A stretch of DNA of 64,000 bases from Pseudomonadota bacterium (GTDB taxonomy: Bacteria; Pseudomonadota; Alphaproteobacteria; Rhizobiales; UBA4765), in the NCBI GenBank assembly GCA_041694995.1, contig JBGFRS010000049.1:38001-102000 (forward strand), in the 5' to 3' direction. Of the stretch, positions 40,982 through 52,145 are shown in pieces; position 1 is the first letter of the stretch; each line of letters begins with the position of its first letter. The notes beneath the pieces were generated by a model. It had not been told where the DNA came from. It made no database searches and saw nothing but the letters and a program-made list of their open reading frames with translations. The translations under genes were made by a program, and so were the position numbers.

Positions 40982-43128
40982 ACCATCCAGCTGCCGCCGG
41001 CGGCATGCGGATAATGCCGCTCGATCAACTTCTCGGCCTCGCTTGCCGGAACCGGTTGGCCGTAGAAATACCCTTGACCGATGTGGACGCCGAGCCGCGT
41101 GAGCAGTTCGGCCTGCTCTTCCGTTTCGATGCCTTCGGCAACGGTCGAAAGGCCCATTTGGTCGGCGAGACCGACGATCGTACGCACGAGATGATGCGCT
41201 TCGCCGTTGCCTTCGATCGACTTCACGAAGCTGCGGTCGATCTTGAACACGTCGACCGGCAGCTTGAGGAGTTGGCCGAGATTCGAATATCCCGTGCCGA
41301 AATCGTCGATCGCGAACCGAACACCGGATCGTTTCAATTCGCTCATCACGCGCGCCGCGCGATCAGGATCGCGCATCGCGGCCGACTCGGTCACCTCGAT
41401 CTCCAAGAGATTGCCGGGCACGCCGTATTCCTTGAGGAGCCGTGCGACGAAGGTGATCATCTCCGGTCGCGCGAAGTCCTCGGGCGACATGTTCACGGCG
41501 ACCGGGATGGTCGTTCCCTTCCATGCCCAGTCGGACGCTTGGCGGAGCGCTTTCCGCATCACCGCCTTGTCGATGTCCGCGATCATTCCGCTTTCCTCGG
41601 CAAGCGGAATGAACTGCGCCGGCTGCAGCAGGCCTTTGGTCGGATGGCGCCAACGGGCCAGCGCTTCGAAGGCGCATATCCGCCCGGTCTTCAGATCCAC
41701 CTGCGGCATATAGAAGGCGTCGATCTCGTCGTTGCCGATCGCGCGACGCAGTTCCATTTCCAGAACGAGGCGGTCAATGAGCTTCTGCGACATCTCGCTT
41801 GAAAAGAAGCAGTAGCGGTTACGCCCCGCTTCCTTGGCCTGGTACATGGCAAGGTCGGCATGCCGCATCAGCGTGCTGGCATCGCCGCCGTCATCAGGCA
41901 TGCACGCGATCCCGACCGAGGCGCCGACGACGATGATCTGTCCGTCGATGTCGAAAGGCTCGCGCAAGGTCGACAACAGGCGAGCGGCCAAAGCCGCTGC
42001 CTCGGCCCGCGCATCGGAGCGGAACCGAACACCGATGACGAACTCGTCGCCCCCGTGACGGCCGAGCAGCGCCGGCCGGTCAATTCGGTCCTGGAGCAGC
42101 GGCGCCGTCATCGGATCGATAAGCACCCAGCCTTGCTCGCGCAAGACGCTCTCGAAGCGGCGGGCAACCGCAATGAGCAGCTTGTCGCCGGTTTCGTGGC
42201 CGAACACGTCGTTCACGCGCTTGAAACCGTCGAGATCGATGAAGAAGAGCGCGCGCGGCCGACCATCAATGCGCGCGGCCTCGGCGGCGTTCTCGACGCC
42301 GCGGCGCAGCCGTTCGCGGTTTGCGAGCCCCGTGACAGGATCGGTGTAGGCCAAGCGGCGCTCGACCTCGATGGACGCCTTGAGGCGCTTCGTCATGCGG
42401 TGGAAGGAGGCCGCGAGTTCGCCGAGTTCACCGCCGCTGCGCGCGCGGACGGGAACGTCCAGCTCGCCCCGGGCGATGCGGCGTGTGGCCTCCGTCAGCT
42501 CGCGCACGGGCGCGAGAAGGCGGCCAACGAGCACGCTCATGAGCGGGAGCAAGACCGCGAGAAAGACAATGGCGATGACGAGCGAGCGCAGGATCGCCTC
42601 GCGCCGCTTCTGAATTTGAAAGTCATCGGTCGATGCCACGAGAACGACGCCGCGGATAGCGTCTTGCACGAAGATCGGCACCGCGACCTCGACGTGATCC
42701 TGTGCATTGTGGAACATCACCTGCCCATTCGCGAGAGCAGCGCGCGCGAGGGGGTTGTTGAATTGCGAGCGCAGCAAGAAGCGCCCGGCATCCGCCTCGA
42801 GGGTGGCGCCCGAGCGCCGGTCGTGAATTTCGATACGCGCAAGATTGCCGATACGCGCAAGCGAGATGGTCGTGCGGGCCATATCGGTCAGCACGCCGGT
42901 GGAAAGCTTGTCGCCGGCAATCACGGCGATCATGCGGGCGGTTGCTTCCGTTTGCTGCTCGAGCTCGCGCTCGATGATCCGCCGGCTCGACATCAGGTCC
43001 GCCGCGACCATCACGACCACGAACACGACGAGCGACACCGCGACGAGAGCGACGGCACGCACCTGAATGCGTCCGGCGCCGCGCCGTGCGAGCCAACGCA
43101 ATATTCGTTGCGACAGTGATCGGCGCAT
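40978..43128 (-). CDS. membrane sensor HAMP-GGDEF-EAL protein (diguanylate cyclase/phosphodiesterase)
   Basis: 716 aa with two TM segments flanking a ~150-aa periplasmic region. Contains [18 protein letters not shown] and [10 protein letters not shown]. Confidence 0.9.
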   Translation of the reverse strand: MRRSLSQRILRWLARRGAGRIQVRAVALVAVSLVVFVVVMVAADLMSSRRIIERELEQQTEATARMIAVIAGDKLSTGVLTDMARTTISLARIGNLARIEIHDRRSGATLEADAGRFLLRSQFNNPLARAALANGQVMFHNAQDHVEVAVPIFVQDAIRGVVLVASTDDFQIQKRREAILRSLVIAIVFLAVLLPLMSVLVGRLLAPVRELTEATRRIARGELDVPVRARSGGELGELAASFHRMTKRLKASIEVERRLAYTDPVTGLANRERLRRGVENAAEAARIDGRPRALFFIDLDGFKRVNDVFGHETGDKLLIAVARRFESVLREQGWVLIDPMTAPLLQDRIDRPALLGRHGGDEFVIGVRFRSDARAEAAALAARLLSTLREPFDIDGQIIVVGASVGIACMPDDGGDASTLMRHADLAMYQAKEAGRNRYCFFSSEMSQKLIDRLVLEMELRRAIGNDEIDAFYMPQVDLKTGRICAFEALARWRHPTKGLLQPAQFIPLAEESGMIADIDKAVMRKALRQASDWAWKGTTIPVAVNMSPEDFARPEMITFVARLLKEYGVPGNLLEIEVTESAAMRDPDRAARVMSELKRSGVRFAIDDFGTGYSNLGQLLKLPVDVFKIDRSFVKSIEGNGEAHHLVRTIVGLADQMGLSTVAEGIETEEQAELLTRLGVHIGQGYFYGQPVPASEAEKLIERHYPHAAGGSWMV

Positions 43129-43339
43129 CTGTCCTCGCGCTCGGCCCGTCCCTTCGGGTTAAGACGGAAACGGTATGTGAAAGCTACTAAGTCTCCGTAA
43201 AGTTGAAGTTCCGCAAGCCGCACCTAGGCCGCGTTGTCGAGAACGCGGCTTGCGGCGGCACCAACCGCAGGGAATTCGGCTTGGCGGGGGTCAAGGCATT
43301 GACGAAGTGGAAACCAACTGGATCGCCTGCGCCCCGAGA

Positions 43340-45073
43340 TCAGACTGCAACCAGCGCCGGTGCCGCCGTGGTCGGCGCCCTGACTTGCAGTGGCGGTTCG
43401 TCGAAGGGTTTAGCGGGCGAACGATGGGTGATGGCGAGAATCGCCGTTCCAGGCAGAGCCGCCGTCACCGCATCGAGGACGCGCCGCTCCGACTCCGGAT
43501 CCAGAGCCGATGTTGCTTCGTCCAGAAGCAGCCAGTCGGGGGCTTGCAGCAAGGCCCGCGCGAGCTGCACCCGTTGCTGTTCGCCCCCGGACAGGATGGC
43601 GGCCCAGTCCTCGTTGTTGTCGAGCCGATCGGCAAAGGATGCGAGACCGACCGCGTTCACGGCACCGCGAACAGCAGCATCGCTGATCGCATCCGGCGGC
43701 GCGGGATAGGTCAAGGCGGCCCGCAAGGTTACAAGCGGCATGTAGGGTTTCTGCGGCAGCACGAGAAGTCGCGTGTCACGCGGCACGCGCACCACGCCGC
43801 GGCCCCAAGGCCACACGCCCGAAAGGCCGCGGAACAAGGTGGTCTTACCGGTGCCGGAGGGACCAGAGAGGATGCGGCGTTCGCCTGGCCGCAGCGATAG
43901 TTTGTCGACGGCGACGACGGGGTGCCCGCTCGGCAGTTCGACGGTCAAGTTCTCGATGTCGAGCGTGTCGCCATCGCTGGGGATCACTTCGATGTGCGGC
44001 GAACGGAATTCCGATTCCTGCGCAGCAACGATGGCGGCGTCGAAGCCCGAAAGCCGATCGACGACGGCTTTCCACTCAGCGATGCGCGTGTAGATGGTGA
44101 TGAAGACCGAAAGCGCGGTCTGCACACGGTCGAAGGCGGATGCGGTCTGCATCAAGGGGCCGAGTTGGATCGCTCCCGCAAAATAGGCCGGGCTCACGAC
44201 GATGAACGGAAACACCGTGGCGGCTTGATTGTAGCCGGCACGGAACATCACCACGTTCTTCTGCACGTCCACGAGCGCCATGAAATTGCGGATCACGTTT
44301 GCGAAGCGGGCGCGCAGCGGACCGTGTTCCGCCCGTTCGCCCCGCTGCAGCGCCACCTGCTCGCTGTTCTCCCGCAATCGCATCAGAGCGAAGCGGAAGT
44401 TCGCCTCGTAGCGCTCCTGTTGGAAGTTCAGCGGGATGAGACGGCGGCCGAGGAGATGCGTGATGATGGTGCCGAAGATCGCGTAGATGAGCGCTGCCCA
44501 CACGAGGTAGCCGGGGATCGCGATCGTCTCACCGCCGATGACGAGCGGCGCGGCGGCTGACAGCCCCCACAAGATCACGACGAAGGATACGAGCGTGACA
44601 ACCGAGCTCAGGAGGTCGATGCCGATCGACAATGTGTGGTTGATGAAGAGCTTGATGTCCTCGGCGATCCGTTGATCCGGGTTGTCGGCGGCATCCCCCG
44701 TCATCTTCTGCCGGTAATGCGTTCCCCCATCCAACCAGGCGGCGAGGTACTGCTCCGTCATCCAGCGGCGCCACCGGATCTGGAGCCACTGATTGAGGTA
44801 GTACTGCAGGACGGCGCCGACGAGGAAGATCGCCGCGAGCGTCGAGAAGTACCAGAGCTGGGCGACGAAGACGGGCCAGTTCCGGTCCTGAAGGGCGTTG
44901 TAGAAGTCGGCGTTCCATTGGTTCAGCAGCACCATGATGCCGACGATGCCGAGTTCCATGCCGATGATCGCCGCGAGCAGCAGGCGCGCGGACAGGCGCT
45001 CCTCGGAGCGGAAATAGGGCGTTGCGAGCCGCCACATGGTGCGAAGGGCGGGGCCGATGCCGTGCAATATCAT
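43340..45073 (-). CDS. fused ABC transporter permease/ATPase (ABC_membrane_2, YddA/SbmA-like family)
   Basis: Start at Met14 of track ORF 43340-45112. Contains NQWNADFYNALQ, Walker A SGPSGTGKTT, signature LSGGEQQR and Walker B LLLDEATSALD. Confidence 0.85.
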   Translation of the reverse strand: MILHGIGPALRTMWRLATPYFRSEERLSARLLLAAIIGMELGIVGIMVLLNQWNADFYNALQDRNWPVFVAQLWYFSTLAAIFLVGAVLQYYLNQWLQIRWRRWMTEQYLAAWLDGGTHYRQKMTGDAADNPDQRIAEDIKLFINHTLSIGIDLLSSVVTLVSFVVILWGLSAAAPLVIGGETIAIPGYLVWAALIYAIFGTIITHLLGRRLIPLNFQQERYEANFRFALMRLRENSEQVALQRGERAEHGPLRARFANVIRNFMALVDVQKNVVMFRAGYNQAATVFPFIVVSPAYFAGAIQLGPLMQTASAFDRVQTALSVFITIYTRIAEWKAVVDRLSGFDAAIVAAQESEFRSPHIEVIPSDGDTLDIENLTVELPSGHPVVAVDKLSLRPGERRILSGPSGTGKTTLFRGLSGVWPWGRGVVRVPRDTRLLVLPQKPYMPLVTLRAALTYPAPPDAISDAAVRGAVNAVGLASFADRLDNNEDWAAILSGGEQQRVQLARALLQAPDWLLLDEATSALDPESERRVLDAVTAALPGTAILAITHRSPAKPFDEPPLQVRAPTTAAPALVAV

Positions 45074-45197
45074 GACGTGCCTCCGAATGTGCGGTGCGGG
45101 ACTCGCCCCCAAGCGTCAGCACCTTACTCGGCGCTGTTCGCGTCCGAGCGCAATTCGGCGTTACACAGTCATGCCCTAAGGGAGGAAGTGCAGGCGC

Positions 45198-46106
45198 CTA
45201 GAAACGGACGCGCACGCCAGCGGTCGCCTGGTGAGCCGTGAGCGAGATGTGCTGCGTGCGGTCAGGTACGCGCAAGCCGGGGGCTTGCGCGCCCATGAAG
45301 CGATAGCCCACCTCGACCGCGAGTTGGCGCGAGATGTCGAAGGCAAGGCCAGCGCCTGCCTGCCAGGCGAGGCCAACGGTGCTGAGGGAAGTCGTGTTGG
45401 TGAAGAAGGCCTCGCGGCTGAACGTGACGTGGCCGATGCCCACGCCTGCTCCGACATAGGGCCGGAAGGGGCCGACCGAAAAGTCGACGTAGTAGTTGAG
45501 AAGGGCGAAGTTGACGGCAACGTCGCCGCGACCGGCGAAGACCGCCTGCGACGTCCCGGTCTGCGTGAGATAGGGCGTCGTCTGTCCGCTGATCGTTTCG
45601 GTATAGGTCGTCGTGCTCGTCGCGCGCTGCTGATCGATCCGTGCCGCGAATCGCCCGAACTCCGCCTCGATGCGACCGCCGAAACCGGGCTGAACATCGC
45701 TGAAGTCCCAGCCGACGAAGCCTGAGAAGACCCCACCCAGCCGGGTCGACGCCGTGTAGCTCGCGCTGGTGATCGTCGCCGCATCGAACAGATAGGGCTG
45801 AACCACGTAGTTCGGGCCGCCCGTCATGGGATCGATGGGCTGGTTCGGATCCAGAACGCCTGGAAAGAGATTCCCGCGGGTGATGACGCCGGTGTCAGCC
45901 GCGCGCCAATCGTAGTTGCGCATCGCCGACAGGCCGCCGCGGACGCCGATGTAGAGAGCGCCATTGCCGACCTGCGGCCCCACGGGTCCTCGCAGCATCA
46001 GGCTATCGGCTTGCGCGGGCATGCACATCATCGCGAGGGCGACAGCGATGGAGAACGGGCCTGGCCGGATCACACGAGCCTCCGAGCGATGCAGTGTTAC
46101 ATTCAT
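45198..46106 (-). CDS. outer-membrane beta-barrel protein
   Basis: Signal peptide ending AQA. Alternating beta-strand pattern. C-terminus GVRVRF with terminal Phe. Confidence 0.72.
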   Translation of the reverse strand: MNVTLHRSEARVIRPGPFSIAVALAMMCMPAQADSLMLRGPVGPQVGNGALYIGVRGGLSAMRNYDWRAADTGVITRGNLFPGVLDPNQPIDPMTGGPNYVVQPYLFDAATITSASYTASTRLGGVFSGFVGWDFSDVQPGFGGRIEAEFGRFAARIDQQRATSTTTYTETISGQTTPYLTQTGTSQAVFAGRGDVAVNFALLNYYVDFSVGPFRPYVGAGVGIGHVTFSREAFFTNTTSLSTVGLAWQAGAGLAFDISRQLAVEVGYRFMGAQAPGLRVPDRTQHISLTAHQATAGVRVRF

Positions 46107-46197
46107 CCCTCGTTAGGGTTAATCCGCCGTAAACTCCGGCAAGACCACCTGCGGCACAGCCGCAGAGCGGGCGCCGGCTCTATCGTTCCTGCCCATG

Positions 46198-46230
46198 CAA
46201 AAGCAAAGGCGGCCATGCGGCCGCCTTTGC
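46198..46230 (-). terminator. rho-independent terminator of groEL
   Basis: Perfect 12-bp stem GCAAAGGCGGCC/GGCCGCCTTTGC with a 4-nt loop, followed on the minus strand by TTTTG. It lies 20 nt after the groEL stop. Confidence 0.75.
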
Positions 46231-46250
46231 AGGTTCAATCCGGGAAGGGA

Positions 46251-47888
<1,638 letters not shown>

Positions 47889-47925
47889 GTCTTTGTCTCC
47901 TGGATGTCGTTGCGTTTTGTGCGGC

Positions 47926-48213
47926 TCAGGCGATGACGCCCATGATGTCGGACTCCTTCATGATGAGGAGTTCCTTGCCGTCGATCTTCACTTCGGTTCC
48001 CGACCACTTGCCGAACAGCACGCGGTCGCCGGCCTTCACGTCGAGCTTCACGAGTTTGCCCGTCTCGTCGCGGGCGCCGGGGCCAACGGCGATCACCTTG
48101 CCCTCCTGGGGCTTCTCCTTCGCCGTGTCGGGGATGATGATGCCACCGCGGGTCTTTTCCTCGCTCTCGATGCGCTCGACGACGACGCGGTCGTGCAGCG
48201 GACGGAATTTCAT
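47926..48213 (-). CDS. groS: co-chaperonin GroES
   Basis: Internal ATG 48213 of track ORF 47926-48339. Reads [38 protein letters not shown]. Confidence 0.97.
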   Translation of the reverse strand: MKFRPLHDRVVVERIESEEKTRGGIIIPDTAKEKPQEGKVIAVGPGARDETGKLVKLDVKAGDRVLFGKWSGTEVKIDGKELLIMKESDIMGVIA

Positions 48214-48251
48214 GGGTTCTCTCCGGTCTCTGTTCGCTTGGAAACGGGCTG

Positions 48252-48278
48252 TTAGCACTCGCCGGAAGGGAGTGCCAA
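48252..48278 (-). promoter_or_regulatory. CIRCE operator (HrcA binding site)
   Basis: TTAGCACTC-N9-GAGTGCCAA, one mismatch from the consensus TTAGCACTC-N9-GAGTGCTAA. It lies between the predicted -10 and groES. Confidence 0.85.
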
Positions 48279-48288
48279 GCGCGGCCGG

Positions 48289-48317
48289 GAGATAGGCAGG
48301 ACAGGAACGGGTGTCAA
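48289..48317 (-). promoter_or_regulatory. sigma70-type promoter of groES-groEL
   Basis: The minus strand reads TTGACA-N17-TATCTC, immediately upstream of CIRCE. Confidence 0.5.
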
Positions 48318-48390
48318 GGCGGATGAGCCGGGATGCCACCTGGGCGCATCGGTACGGTTAACCGCCGGCGGTGCCAGACTTAACGACAAG

Positions 48391-48427
48391 CCTCGAAACC
48401 GGCTCTCGGGAGCCGCGTTTCGAGGCC
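48391..48427 (-). terminator. hairpin terminator after the DUF305 gene
   Basis: A ~16-bp stem (GCCTCGAAAC(G)CGGCTC / GAGCCGGTTTCGAGGC, one bulge) with a 4-nt loop, then TTGTCGTT on the minus strand. Confidence 0.5.
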
Positions 48428-48445
48428 AGCCGAGAACCGGGAGCG

Positions 48446-48898
48446 CTAGGGTGCAGGCGCGTTGCGGGCGAGCCACGCGCGCATCTGAGCGATCTCGGTT
48501 TCCTGGGCGCGGATGATCTCTTCCGCGAGCTTGCGGATCTCCGGATCGCGGCCGAAGGCCAGCACGGTCCGCGCCATGTCGACCGCGCCTTCGTGATGCG
48601 GAATCATACCGCGTACGAAGTCGACGTCCGCATTGCCGGTGAAGGCAATGTCCATACCCGCATGCATACGTGCGTTCACCGCACGAAATGCCGCAGTGGA
48701 GGGAGCGTCCAGCGCGCTGCCTGGGGCGGCGCCGTGGCCTTGGTGACCCGGCGCTGCGGCCGGGGGTTGGCCATGCTGCATATGCGGCATGTGTCGCATC
48801 ATCTGCGGCACGCCGTGCCCTTGATGGCCCTGCTGCGCAAAGGACGTGCCGGCGGCGAGCGCACTTGCAAAGGCCGCGGCAAGAATGATGGGTTTCAT
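48446..48898 (-). CDS. DUF305 domain periplasmic protein with His/Met-rich N-terminal region
   Basis: Signal peptide [21 protein letters not shown]. Contains [23 protein letters not shown] and the DUF305 core [19 protein letters not shown]. Confidence 0.8.
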   Translation of the reverse strand: MKPIILAAAFASALAAGTSFAQQGHQGHGVPQMMRHMPHMQHGQPPAAAPGHQGHGAAPGSALDAPSTAAFRAVNARMHAGMDIAFTGNADVDFVRGMIPHHEGAVDMARTVLAFGRDPEIRKLAEEIIRAQETEIAQMRAWLARNAPAP

Positions 48899-48976
48899 CG
48901 GATGTCTCCACAGGTCGGGACGGGGCCGAGGCCGCGCGTCCGCAGAGGTGTTTCTGTCGCTGGAACGGGTGCGCGG

Positions 48977-49303
48977 CTAGCGGCGCGGGGGTTCGTCCGG
49001 GGCCGGCGGCGTGCGCCCCAGCATCACCGGGAACGGATCGACCGCGAGCCGCTCGCCCCCGTGGCTGACCGAGGGCGGTGCCGCGGATGCGGCTGCGAAC
49101 CACAACGTGCAGATGGGACAACACACAACGGGTACGGCGTCGGCGTCGACCCGGCCCGAACCGTCCTCGGCCACATCCGCGGCCGTGTGGTGCCCGCCAT
49201 GGCCCGCATGCCGGAAGGCATGACCTGCATAGGTGCCGGGCGCGATTCCGATCAAGATCGCGAGGCACACGACTGCCAGACGAGACACAACGGCTCGAAT
49301 CAT
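48977..49303 (-). CDS. small His-rich membrane-anchored protein with CCPIC motif (DUF2946-like)
   Basis: Start at Met10 of track ORF 48977-49330. N-terminal TM LAVVCLAILIGIA. Contains HAFRHAGHGGHH and VVCCPICTLW. Good GC3. Confidence 0.55.
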   Translation of the reverse strand: MIRAVVSRLAVVCLAILIGIAPGTYAGHAFRHAGHGGHHTAADVAEDGSGRVDADAVPVVCCPICTLWFAAASAAPPSVSHGGERLAVDPFPVMLGRTPPAPDEPPRR

Positions 49304-49326
49304 ATCCGCCTCATCGTCCGCCGCGA

Positions 49327-50241
49327 TCATGACCGGCGTGGGGCAGCCGTCTCAGATGCAGGCGCCGCAACGGCCGGTGCCCTTGCCCAGCCAACGGCGA
49401 GTGCACCGGCGATGATCAGCGCCGCTCCTGCCAGCGTGGCAAGCGTCGGCGCTTCCGAAAACCAGACGTAGCCGATGCCCGCTGCCCACAAGAGCGCCGT
49501 GTACTCGACGACGCCGAGGCGTGCCGCACTTGCGCGGGCGAACGCCCAGGTGAGGAGGATGTGGCCCACCGCGCCGAGAACGCCGATGCCGACGAAGAGC
49601 CACAGATGGTCCATTGCCGGCGGCACCCAGACGATACCTGCGGCGGGCAGAACGTACAGCGCCGGTATCCAGTTCTGGAGAAGAACGAGGGTCGGCAAGG
49701 GATCGACGACCGCGCGCGCCCGCAACAGGATGAGCGAAGCGGCGTAGGTGAAGGTCGACAGGATCACGAGCGCGATGCCGAGCAGGCTCTCCGCCCGATG
49801 GCCGACCGCGAAGAGCTGCTCCCCCAGCATGACGAGAAGGCCCGCCGTGCCGAGCGCGATACCGGCGAAGATGCTCCGGTGCAGCGCCTCGCCGAGAAAG
49901 AGCCGCCCGAAGATGGCGATGACGATCGGCGCGAGAAAAGACAGCGCGATCACCTCGACCAGCGGCAAGAGGCCAAGGGCGGCGAAGAACATCCCCGCCG
50001 ATAGAACGACGAACACGCCGCGTAGAAGGGCGAAGCGCAGGGTCTCGCGCGACGGTCTTGGCATGCCCATCAGGACGTACAGGGCAGTGGCCACGATCCC
50101 ACCGAACACGAAGCGCATCAGCACGGTGACGGCCGTCGGATAGTGCGGCGCCACCGCCTTGATGAGGCCGTCCATGACCGAGAGAACGAGAATGCCGAGG
50201 GCGGCGACAAGGATGGGAAGCGGTCCGGCGTCATTGCGCAT
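49327..50241 (-). CDS. DMT (EamA) family transporter
   Basis: Ten-TM pattern. Start at MRNDAGPLPILVAALGILVLSVMDGLIK, Met16 of track ORF 49327-50286. Confidence 0.8.
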   Translation of the reverse strand: MRNDAGPLPILVAALGILVLSVMDGLIKAVAPHYPTAVTVLMRFVFGGIVATALYVLMGMPRPSRETLRFALLRGVFVVLSAGMFFAALGLLPLVEVIALSFLAPIVIAIFGRLFLGEALHRSIFAGIALGTAGLLVMLGEQLFAVGHRAESLLGIALVILSTFTYAASLILLRARAVVDPLPTLVLLQNWIPALYVLPAAGIVWVPPAMDHLWLFVGIGVLGAVGHILLTWAFARASAARLGVVEYTALLWAAGIGYVWFSEAPTLATLAGAALIIAGALAVGWARAPAVAAPASETAAPRRS

Positions 50242-50324
50242 GGCTTGCGCCGGGTCGCACGCGCTGGCCGATGCGACAAGTGCCAAAGCTTGACGAACGG
50301 CTATGCGGGGCCGACTTTCCCGCC

Positions 50325-50768
50325 ATGTCGATCCCGATCGAAGACGTGGCGCGCACCTGCATCTGCCTGCACACGCGGATGGCCGCGCGCGCCGTAACGC
50401 GCGCCTATAACGCCGCGCTCAAGGGAACCGGGCTCGAGGTCACGCAGATGACGCTGCTTGCCGCGCTGTCTTCCGGCGATGCCCCGTCCATTGCCGTCCT
50501 GGCGGATAGGCTCGCTTTCGAACGCACGACATTGCTGCGCAATCTGAAGGCCCTGGTCGCCAAGGGACTGGTGGAGCCGGCGCGCGGCGAGGGCCGCGCC
50601 GTGCGCCATGTGCTGACCGAGGAAGGGCGCCGGGTGCTCGCGACGTTTCTGCCCCGCTGGCACGACATTCAGGCGCGCATCGAAGCCGGGTTGGGGGACC
50701 GATCGTGGCCGGAAACGCGCCGTGGCCTGCGCGCCGTGCGCAATGCCGCCGCCGCGCTGAGCAGCTGA
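50325..50768 (+). CDS. MarR family transcriptional regulator
   Basis: ATG 50325 in track ORF 50271-50768. Winged-helix pattern LEVTQMTLLAALSSGDAPSIAVLADRLAFERTTLLRNLKALVAKGLV. Divergent from the DMT gene. Confidence 0.85.
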   Translation: MSIPIEDVARTCICLHTRMAARAVTRAYNAALKGTGLEVTQMTLLAALSSGDAPSIAVLADRLAFERTTLLRNLKALVAKGLVEPARGEGRAVRHVLTEEGRRVLATFLPRWHDIQARIEAGLGDRSWPETRRGLRAVRNAAAALSS

Positions 50769-50797
50769 GCCCCGGCTTGCACGCCATCCTGGTGCGG

Positions 50798-50823
50798 CTT
50801 TATAGTGTATCTACACTATAAAG
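50798..50823. promoter_or_regulatory. perfect AT-rich inverted repeat CTTTATAGTGTA-TC-TACACTATAAAG
   Basis: 12-bp arms with a 2-nt spacer. It lies 30 nt after the marR stop and 9 nt before the thioesterase ATG, abutting the GGGG of the likely SD. Confidence 0.5.
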
Positions 50824-50831
50824 GGGTCACA

Positions 50832-51353
50832 ATGCCCGATCGCTATTCGTCCTTATCTGCCGGCTACGGTGTGGTTCCGCTCCGCGACGCTGCGGGAACG
50901 AGCGGGCTGGCATTCCTCTCTTCGATGCTCGCCGATCGCCTTCCCGCGCCGCCCTTCACCCGCTGGGCGCGCACGATCCTCGTCGAGGTGTCGGAGGGAC
51001 GCGCCGTCTTCGAAGGGGAGCCAAGCGCCGACTTCCTCAACCCTTTGGGTACCGTGCACGGCGGATGGACCGCCGGTATCCTCGACAGCGCCATGGCCTG
51101 CGCCGTGCACACGACGCTCAAGGCCGGCGAGGGCTATACCACGCTCGAATACAAGATCCATTGCGTTCGTCCCGTGCTGCCGACGACGGGTCTGGTGCGA
51201 TGCGAGGGTGTCGTTCTCTCGCGCGCCCGCCGCGCCGCAACCTCGGAAGGGCGGCTCTACGACCCGGCCGGCAAGCTCCTGGCGCACGGCACCGAAACCT
51301 GCCTCATCTTCGATGTGCCACTTGTCGGAAACGGTCAAAGCGAGCGCACGTAG
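50832..51353 (+). CDS. PaaI-family hotdog-fold thioesterase
   Basis: ATG 50832 in track ORF 50805-51353. Contains NPLGTVHGGWTAGILDSAMACAV. Confidence 0.8.
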   Translation: MPDRYSSLSAGYGVVPLRDAAGTSGLAFLSSMLADRLPAPPFTRWARTILVEVSEGRAVFEGEPSADFLNPLGTVHGGWTAGILDSAMACAVHTTLKAGEGYTTLEYKIHCVRPVLPTTGLVRCEGVVLSRARRAATSEGRLYDPAGKLLAHGTETCLIFDVPLVGNGQSERT

Positions 51354-51814
51354 TGGTACTCCCAAGCGCCATCGGCCGTCGCGATCCAGCGTTCACCGGG
51401 CACCCGCGAAAAGCCGTGCCGCTCGTAGAAGCGATGCCCGTCGAGAAAGCGCGTATCGGTGAAGAGCTCGATCGTGTCGGCCTCATGCTCGCGTGCGAAG
51501 GCAAGCGCCTCGTTCAACAGGCATGTTGCGATGCCCCGACCGCGGACGTCGCGTGCAAGATAGACCTTCGCCAGCTCGAAGCGCCGCGGCAGCGTGGTCG
51601 CGGTGATCGCCAAGGAACCGACCAATTGTCCGGCCCGCTCCGCCACTTGCAGCATGCCTCCGGCCCGCGCGTAGTGCGTTGCGACGGCGGCGAGCTCGGG
51701 GAATTCGTCCGCGACAAAGAGGCAGGTCGGATACTCGGCGAAGACGTCCGCGATCAACCGGCCGATCGCCGGTCCGTCGCCGTCGGTCGCCCGCCGAATG
51801 CGAATTTCGGGCAT
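51335..51814 (-). CDS. GNAT family N-acetyltransferase
   Basis: Start at Met8 of track ORF 51335-51835. Contains QLVGSLAI and the acetyl-CoA motif RGRGIATCLLNEALAFA. Confidence 0.82.
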   Translation of the reverse strand: MPEIRIRRATDGDGPAIGRLIADVFAEYPTCLFVADEFPELAAVATHYARAGGMLQVAERAGQLVGSLAITATTLPRRFELAKVYLARDVRGRGIATCLLNEALAFAREHEADTIELFTDTRFLDGHRFYERHGFSRVPGERWIATADGAWEYHYVRSL

Positions 51815-51962
51815 ATGTCCCTCGCATGACAGCATCGGTCAGCGAGTGATGCCACGGCGGGCGGCTTCGGCAACAGCGTGGCTGCGTGTCGTCGCGACGT
51901 TGCCCCTGCGCCCTAATCCGGATTGAAGTTCGTTCTGGCCCATCGAGTGCACCGGGATATGA

Positions 51963-52136
51963 AGCGCAGCCGCGGCGCTGTGGCGCTCCGACCACAACAC
52001 CGCCCGGCCACACTCCCACATCGCCTGGCAGACGCCGGACGAGTTCGCCAGCACCTTCACCCCGCCCAGCAGGGCAAGATCTCCGCCGGAACGAACTCAG
52101 AACTGGATAGAAACTGGGGCAAGGTCAGCAGCGTGA
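51963..52136 (+). mobile_element. C-terminal fragment of an IS3-like (rve/DDE) transposase
   Basis: This frame reads SAAAALWRSDHNTARPHSHIAWQTPDEFASTF, the W..DYN..RPHS.LG..TP.EF tail of rve transposases. A TGA lies directly upstream in frame. No catalytic core or inverted repeats seen. Confidence 0.6.
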
Positions 52137-52145
52137 ACTGACCGG

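Noticed and set aside
43215-43260. Nested inverted repeats CCGCAAGCCGC...GCGGCTTGCGG and GCCGCGTT-N6-AACGCGGC between the ABC transporter and the HAMP-GGDEF-EAL gene.
   Set aside because: This is most simply a terminator hairpin downstream of the ABC gene. It has no T-run strong enough to call confidently, and nothing suggests a riboswitch or sRNA.
46231-46250. GGTTCAATCC, resembling a tRNA T-loop, next to the groEL terminator.
   Set aside because: The flanking bases cannot form a T-stem or an acceptor stem, so there is no cloverleaf. I found no tRNA, rRNA or CRISPR-like repeats anywhere in the window.
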